This document shows, one piece after another, positions 60,300 to 64,000 of a stretch of DNA of 64,000 nt. The DNA lies in assembly GCA_044226625.1 (NCBI GenBank), contig JBGAGQ010000016.1, positions 1 through 64,000 on the forward strand, given 5' to 3'. Made by a program: the position numbers and the translations under genes. Each line of letters begins with the position of its first letter. Within the stretch, counting starts at the first letter, position 1. Under the pieces are notes generated by a model. The model saw only the letters and a list, made by a program, of their open reading frames with translations. It ran no database searches and had not been told where the DNA came from. Origin of the DNA: Thermoanaerobaculia bacterium. Lineage in GTDB: Bacteria > Acidobacteriota > Thermoanaerobaculia > Multivoradales > UBA5704.

Positions 60300-61427
60300 T
60301 CAATACGAGGGCGCCGGGCTCCGTCCCAGCTCCCGCAGGGCGGAGCGCCAATCGGCCAGCGCGTGCTCGAAGGCCTCGCGCGCCGCGGCCGCGCGGTGCT
60401 CGAGGTCTTCGGCCGCCGCCCGGACCTTCTGCCGCTCCCAACGCAACAGGTCGGAGATCGCCTTGTCGAGGCGCGCGTGCGCCTCGGCGATCCGCCGCTC
60501 CTTCTCGGCGCGGACCGAAGCCACCCGCCGTCCCAGGCGCTCGCGCGCGGCCGCGAGCTGCACGGCGGCCTTCGCGCGCAGGATCTGCAGGTCCGAGGCG
60601 CGGCGCAGCCCCTGCGCGAGGCCGAGCTTCTCGAGCCCCCAGATCAGCCACTTCGCCGGATCGACGTGCCACGCGCGGATGCCGTTGCGATAGTCGAACG
60701 GGAAGCTGTGATGGTAGTTGTGATACCCCTCGCCGAAGGCGAGCACCGCCATCAGGCCGCTGTCGCGCGCCGAGACCTCGCGGCTGTACGGCCGCCGCCC
60801 GAGCATGTGGCACGCGCTGTTGATCAGGAACGTCCCGTGATGCGAGACGACGATGCGCAGGACGACGCCGATGATCATGCAGCCGAGCAGGCGTCCGGTG
60901 GCGAGGCCGACGATCGCGGGAATGCCCACGGCGACCGAGATCGCGATCGTCTTGTACCAGCGCTGCTGCCAGGCGACGAGCTTGTCCGTCGCGAGGTCGC
61001 GGACGATGCGGTCGATCGTCTCGTCGGTGTCGAAAAAGACCCAGCCGACGTGCGCCCACCAGAAACCCTTCTGGATGTTGTATGGGTCCTCTTCGCGGTC
61101 GGTGTGGTCGTGGTGGAGCCGGTGGTCGGCCGCCCACTCGAGCACCGAGTTCTGAAACGTCGCGGCGCCGAACAGCAGGTAGAACAGCTTGACCGGCCAG
61201 ACCGTCTCGTACGTCTTGTGCGACCAGAGCCGGTGGTAGCCGCCGGTGATCGCCATGCCGCCGGCGATCCAGAGGCCGAAGAAGGTGAGCCACTCGGGCC
61301 AGCCGAAGCCGCGGGTGGCCAGATACCAGGGAACCGAAACGAGAGCGGCGAGGAAGGTTCCGACGACGAAGAGGAGGTTGGTCCAGTTGAGTCTGCGGGT
61401 CGGGGCGGTCGAGGACGCTTCCGTCAC
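60300..61427 (-). CDS. Delta-9 acyl-CoA/acyl-lipid desaturase
   Basis: His boxes HRLWSH, HRLHH and HNYHH; GGAGAG RBS before GTG 61427. Confidence 0.93.
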   Translation of the reverse strand: MTEASSTAPTRRLNWTNLLFVVGTFLAALVSVPWYLATRGFGWPEWLTFFGLWIAGGMAITGGYHRLWSHKTYETVWPVKLFYLLFGAATFQNSVLEWAADHRLHHDHTDREEDPYNIQKGFWWAHVGWVFFDTDETIDRIVRDLATDKLVAWQQRWYKTIAISVAVGIPAIVGLATGRLLGCMIIGVVLRIVVSHHGTFLINSACHMLGRRPYSREVSARDSGLMAVLAFGEGYHNYHHSFPFDYRNGIRAWHVDPAKWLIWGLEKLGLAQGLRRASDLQILRAKAAVQLAAARERLGRRVASVRAEKERRIAEAHARLDKAISDLLRWERQKVRAAAEDLEHRAAAAREAFEHALADWRSALRELGRSPAPSY

Positions 61428-61561
61428 GAGGTCGGCTCTCCGAAGGCAGTTGAAGGGGGGCTTTGCCGCGGTAACCACCGAGAGGATAACAGGAAAGAGA
61501 GCATGGTCCAGCTTCGCGGATCGCCGCCTGCGGTGGCCGGAAACCGAATACAGTTCGCGCG

Positions 61562-62506
61562 ATGGCTCCCCCTCCGGTCAGCGCTCCGCCCACGGGGTCG
61601 CGCCTGGCGCTGCTCACCGCGCTCGCGCTCGTCGCCTTCGCCGGCAACTCGCTCCTGTGCCGCGCCGCCCTGGCCGAGCCGGGCTTCGACCCCGGCCTCT
61701 TCACGCTCCTGCGGCTCGCCTCCGGAGCGCTCGCGCTCGCCTTGATCGTCCGGCCGAAGGGACGCATCCACCGCGGCGCGGGGAGCTGGGTCGCCGGGCT
61801 CTCGCTCTTCTCCTATGCCGCGCTCTTCTCCTGGGCGTATCTGCATCTGACCGCCGGCACCGGCGCGCTCCTCCTCTTCGGCGCGGTCCAGGCGACGATG
61901 AACCTCGTCGCCTTCCGCCAGGGCGAGCGCCCCGGCGCCCGGGGGCTTCTCGGTCTCGTGTCGGCCCTCGTGGGGCTGATCGTCCTAGTCGCCCCCGGGC
62001 TCGAGGCGCCGTCCCCTGTCGCGGCGCTCTCGATGATCGGCGCCGGCATCGCGTGGGGGATCTATTCGCTCCGCGGCCGCGGGAGCCGCGATCCCCTCGC
62101 CGAGACCGCGACGAACTTCCTCCGCGCCGCCGCCGTGGCCGCAGCCGGCGGAGCGCTCGTCGCGATGGGTGCACGCCTTGGCCTCGTCCAGGGGACGCCG
62201 TGGGCGGCCCTCTCCGCCGCGCCTCGGGCTTCTCTGTACGCCGTGCTCTCCGGCGCGCTCGCCTCGGGCGCCGGGTATGCCGTCTGGTACACGGCGCTCC
62301 CGGGCCTTGCCGCCTCCCGCGCCGCCTTGGTCCAGCTCGCGGTGCCTCCGCTCGCGGCGATCGGCGGCATCCTCCTCCTCGGCGAGCCACCGTCCCTCCG
62401 CCTGCTCGGCGCCTCGCTGCTCGTCCTCGGCGGCATCGCGCTCGGCGTGCTTCGGCGAGGGATCCCAACGGCCGAGCCCGCGACGAAAGGAGCGACGACT
62501 CGATGA
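61562..62506 (+). CDS. DMT/EamA-family transporter
   Basis: AFAGNSLLCR and GTGALLLFGAVQ, about 10 TM helices. Confidence 0.9.
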   Translation: MAPPPVSAPPTGSRLALLTALALVAFAGNSLLCRAALAEPGFDPGLFTLLRLASGALALALIVRPKGRIHRGAGSWVAGLSLFSYAALFSWAYLHLTAGTGALLLFGAVQATMNLVAFRQGERPGARGLLGLVSALVGLIVLVAPGLEAPSPVAALSMIGAGIAWGIYSLRGRGSRDPLAETATNFLRAAAVAAAGGALVAMGARLGLVQGTPWAALSAAPRASLYAVLSGALASGAGYAVWYTALPGLAASRAALVQLAVPPLAAIGGILLLGEPPSLRLLGASLLVLGGIALGVLRRGIPTAEPATKGATTR

Positions 62507-63009
62507 CACGGTCAGGCTTCGGTTTTCTCGCCCTGTGGCTCCTCGGCTCGAGCGTCGTTCACGCCGCCGAGCCCCCCGCGTCTGCGGAACCGGCCGCAGC
62601 GGACGTAGCGGCCAAGGCCCGCGAGATGGACAAACGGGAGATTGGGGAGGCGGTGCAGTCGTACGCCGCGGCGATCCGCGCGAAGACCGGCCTCGCCGAT
62701 CTGTTCACCGAAGACGGCGAGCTGATCAACCCCGGGCTCGATCCGCTCGTCGGCCCGGAGGCGATCCGCTCGTTCCTGGCGCCGCTCGCCAGCCGGGTGC
62801 GGATCGAGGAGGCGACGATGACCCCGCGGGCGATCGACCTTTACGGCGACGAGGCCTACGTCTGGGGCGACTACAGCCAGCGAGTGGCCGTGGGCGAACG
62901 TCCCCTGTCGACCTTCGCCGGCCGGTTCGTCGCCCAGTGGCACCGCGCCGACGGCCGCTGGAAGGTGCGGCGGATGATGGTCCAGCCGGCGCCCGCCGCC
63001 GCGCCCTGA
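62503..63009 (+). CDS. Secreted NTF2/SnoaL-like protein
   Basis: Signal peptide, LFTEDG...GPEAIRSF and WHRADGRWK. ATGA-coupled to the DMT gene. Confidence 0.82.
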   Translation: MTRSGFGFLALWLLGSSVVHAAEPPASAEPAAADVAAKAREMDKREIGEAVQSYAAAIRAKTGLADLFTEDGELINPGLDPLVGPEAIRSFLAPLASRVRIEEATMTPRAIDLYGDEAYVWGDYSQRVAVGERPLSTFAGRFVAQWHRADGRWKVRRMMVQPAPAAAP

Positions 63010-63037
63010 TCTCGACTGCTTTCCGCGGCCGGTCGGA

Positions 63038-64000
63038 CTAGCCCTGGAACGCGTACGAGACCTTGAAGAACGCCTGCCGCGAGACGGGAGCGAGCTCTCC
63101 GACGTCGTCGAGCGTGCGGGCGTCGCCGATGCCGAGGAACAGCACCGTCTGCCAGTTGAGCTTGTAGCCGAGAAGCGCCGAGGCGGTGCGGACCTTCGAG
63201 CGCTCCTCCCCCACCCCTGGCTCCGGCTGGCGCGCCCGATCGACCGCGGTACGGATCTCCTCGCCGATCAGCCGGAGGAAGGTCCGCGAATTGAAGTTGT
63301 AGTTGGCGCGCAGGCGCCCGACCTCCGCGGTGAGATATCGGCCGCTGTCGACGTCGAGCCAGCGCCGCGTGGCCGAGAGCTGGAGGTCGAGGTGCTGGCC
63401 CGGGCGGAAGATCGAGGTCAGCTTGACCGAGCCTCCCTTGCCGGCTCGCGAGTTGGCGAAATCGACGTCGTCGCCGAGAAATCCGGAGAGCGTGATCTCG
63501 CCGAACTGCCGCGACGGGCTGATCTCGGCGTAATACTCGAGATACTGGCGCGAGAACACCTGCTCGCCCGCACGGACCCGCTCGAATTTGTAGCTGATCT
63601 CGCTGAAGCTGTTCCGGGCGCCGTCGAACAAGAGCTTCGGCACGACGCGGGAGAGGAGCAGACGCCCCCGGGAGTCCTCCGAGTAGCGCGCGGCGATCGC
63701 CGGACGAAGCGAGCGGAAGAACCCGCTCTTCGGATAGTAGAACCGGGTGTACTGCGACAACGCCTCGCGATAGCCGACCTGCGGCAGGAAGCCGACGTCG
63801 GCCCGGAAATCGTCGCCCAGGTCCTGGTAATAGGAGTAGAGCTCGTAGCTTTTCCGCGTGCGCGAGTACTCGACCCAGCCCGCGTGCGACCGGAGCTGCC
63901 GGCCGTCCCACTCCGCGATGCCGCTCGCCGGATCGTTCGGCGTCCGGGTGTCGTTCCAGAGCAGCTGCCCGGTGATCGAATCGGCGCCGCCGTCCCCCGT
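63038..64000 (-). CDS. Outer-membrane beta-barrel protein, DUF5916-like (5'-truncated by window)
   Basis: Frame is open to the window edge, with DFRADVGF and a C-terminal FFKVSYAF strand. Confidence 0.8.
   Translation of the reverse strand, partial: TGDGGADSITGQLLWNDTRTPNDPASGIAEWDGRQLRSHAGWVEYSRTRKSYELYSYYQDLGDDFRADVGFLPQVGYREALSQYTRFYYPKSGFFRSLRPAIAARYSEDSRGRLLLSRVVPKLLFDGARNSFSEISYKFERVRAGEQVFSRQYLEYYAEISPSRQFGEITLSGFLGDDVDFANSRAGKGGSVKLTSIFRPGQHLDLQLSATRRWLDVDSGRYLTAEVGRLRANYNFNSRTFLRLIGEEIRTAVDRARQPEPGVGEERSKVRTASALLGYKLNWQTVLFLGIGDARTLDDVGELAPVSRQAFFKVSYAFQG

Overview
A high-GC chromosomal window, most likely from Acidobacteriota. This assignment is an inference from an ADOP-type duplicated permease and the secreted-protein repertoire; the class is possibly Thermoanaerobaculia. 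The backbone has three parts. (1) A complex I operon, nuoA-E-F-G-H-J-K-L-M-N, with no nuoB/C/D/I, followed by rex and preceded by a Rex-operator-like palindrome. (2) An aspS / two circularly permuted ATP-grasp paralogs / aroB run. (3) Many secreted or membrane enzymes. Three accessory segments each sit between short direct repeats of about 50 bp. The first is a 453-aa putative deaminase effector (FGHRF...PIQR leader, HxE/CxxC motifs, NLS-like basic clusters, no immunity gene) between two copies of the nuo promoter/Rex box. The second is a broken cas6 between two copies of the 5' end of a small helical-protein gene. The third is a 1774-aa dual-lipase/CHAT-protease/TPR gene plus gene debris between two diverged copies of a glyoxalase-like 5' end. 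In the second and third cases a tandem array (21-bp and 20-bp period respectively, with palindromic units) lies immediately left of the first repeat. I saw no rRNA, tRNA, integrase, transposase or true CRISPR array. All family calls are from motif recognition by eye; no database search was run.
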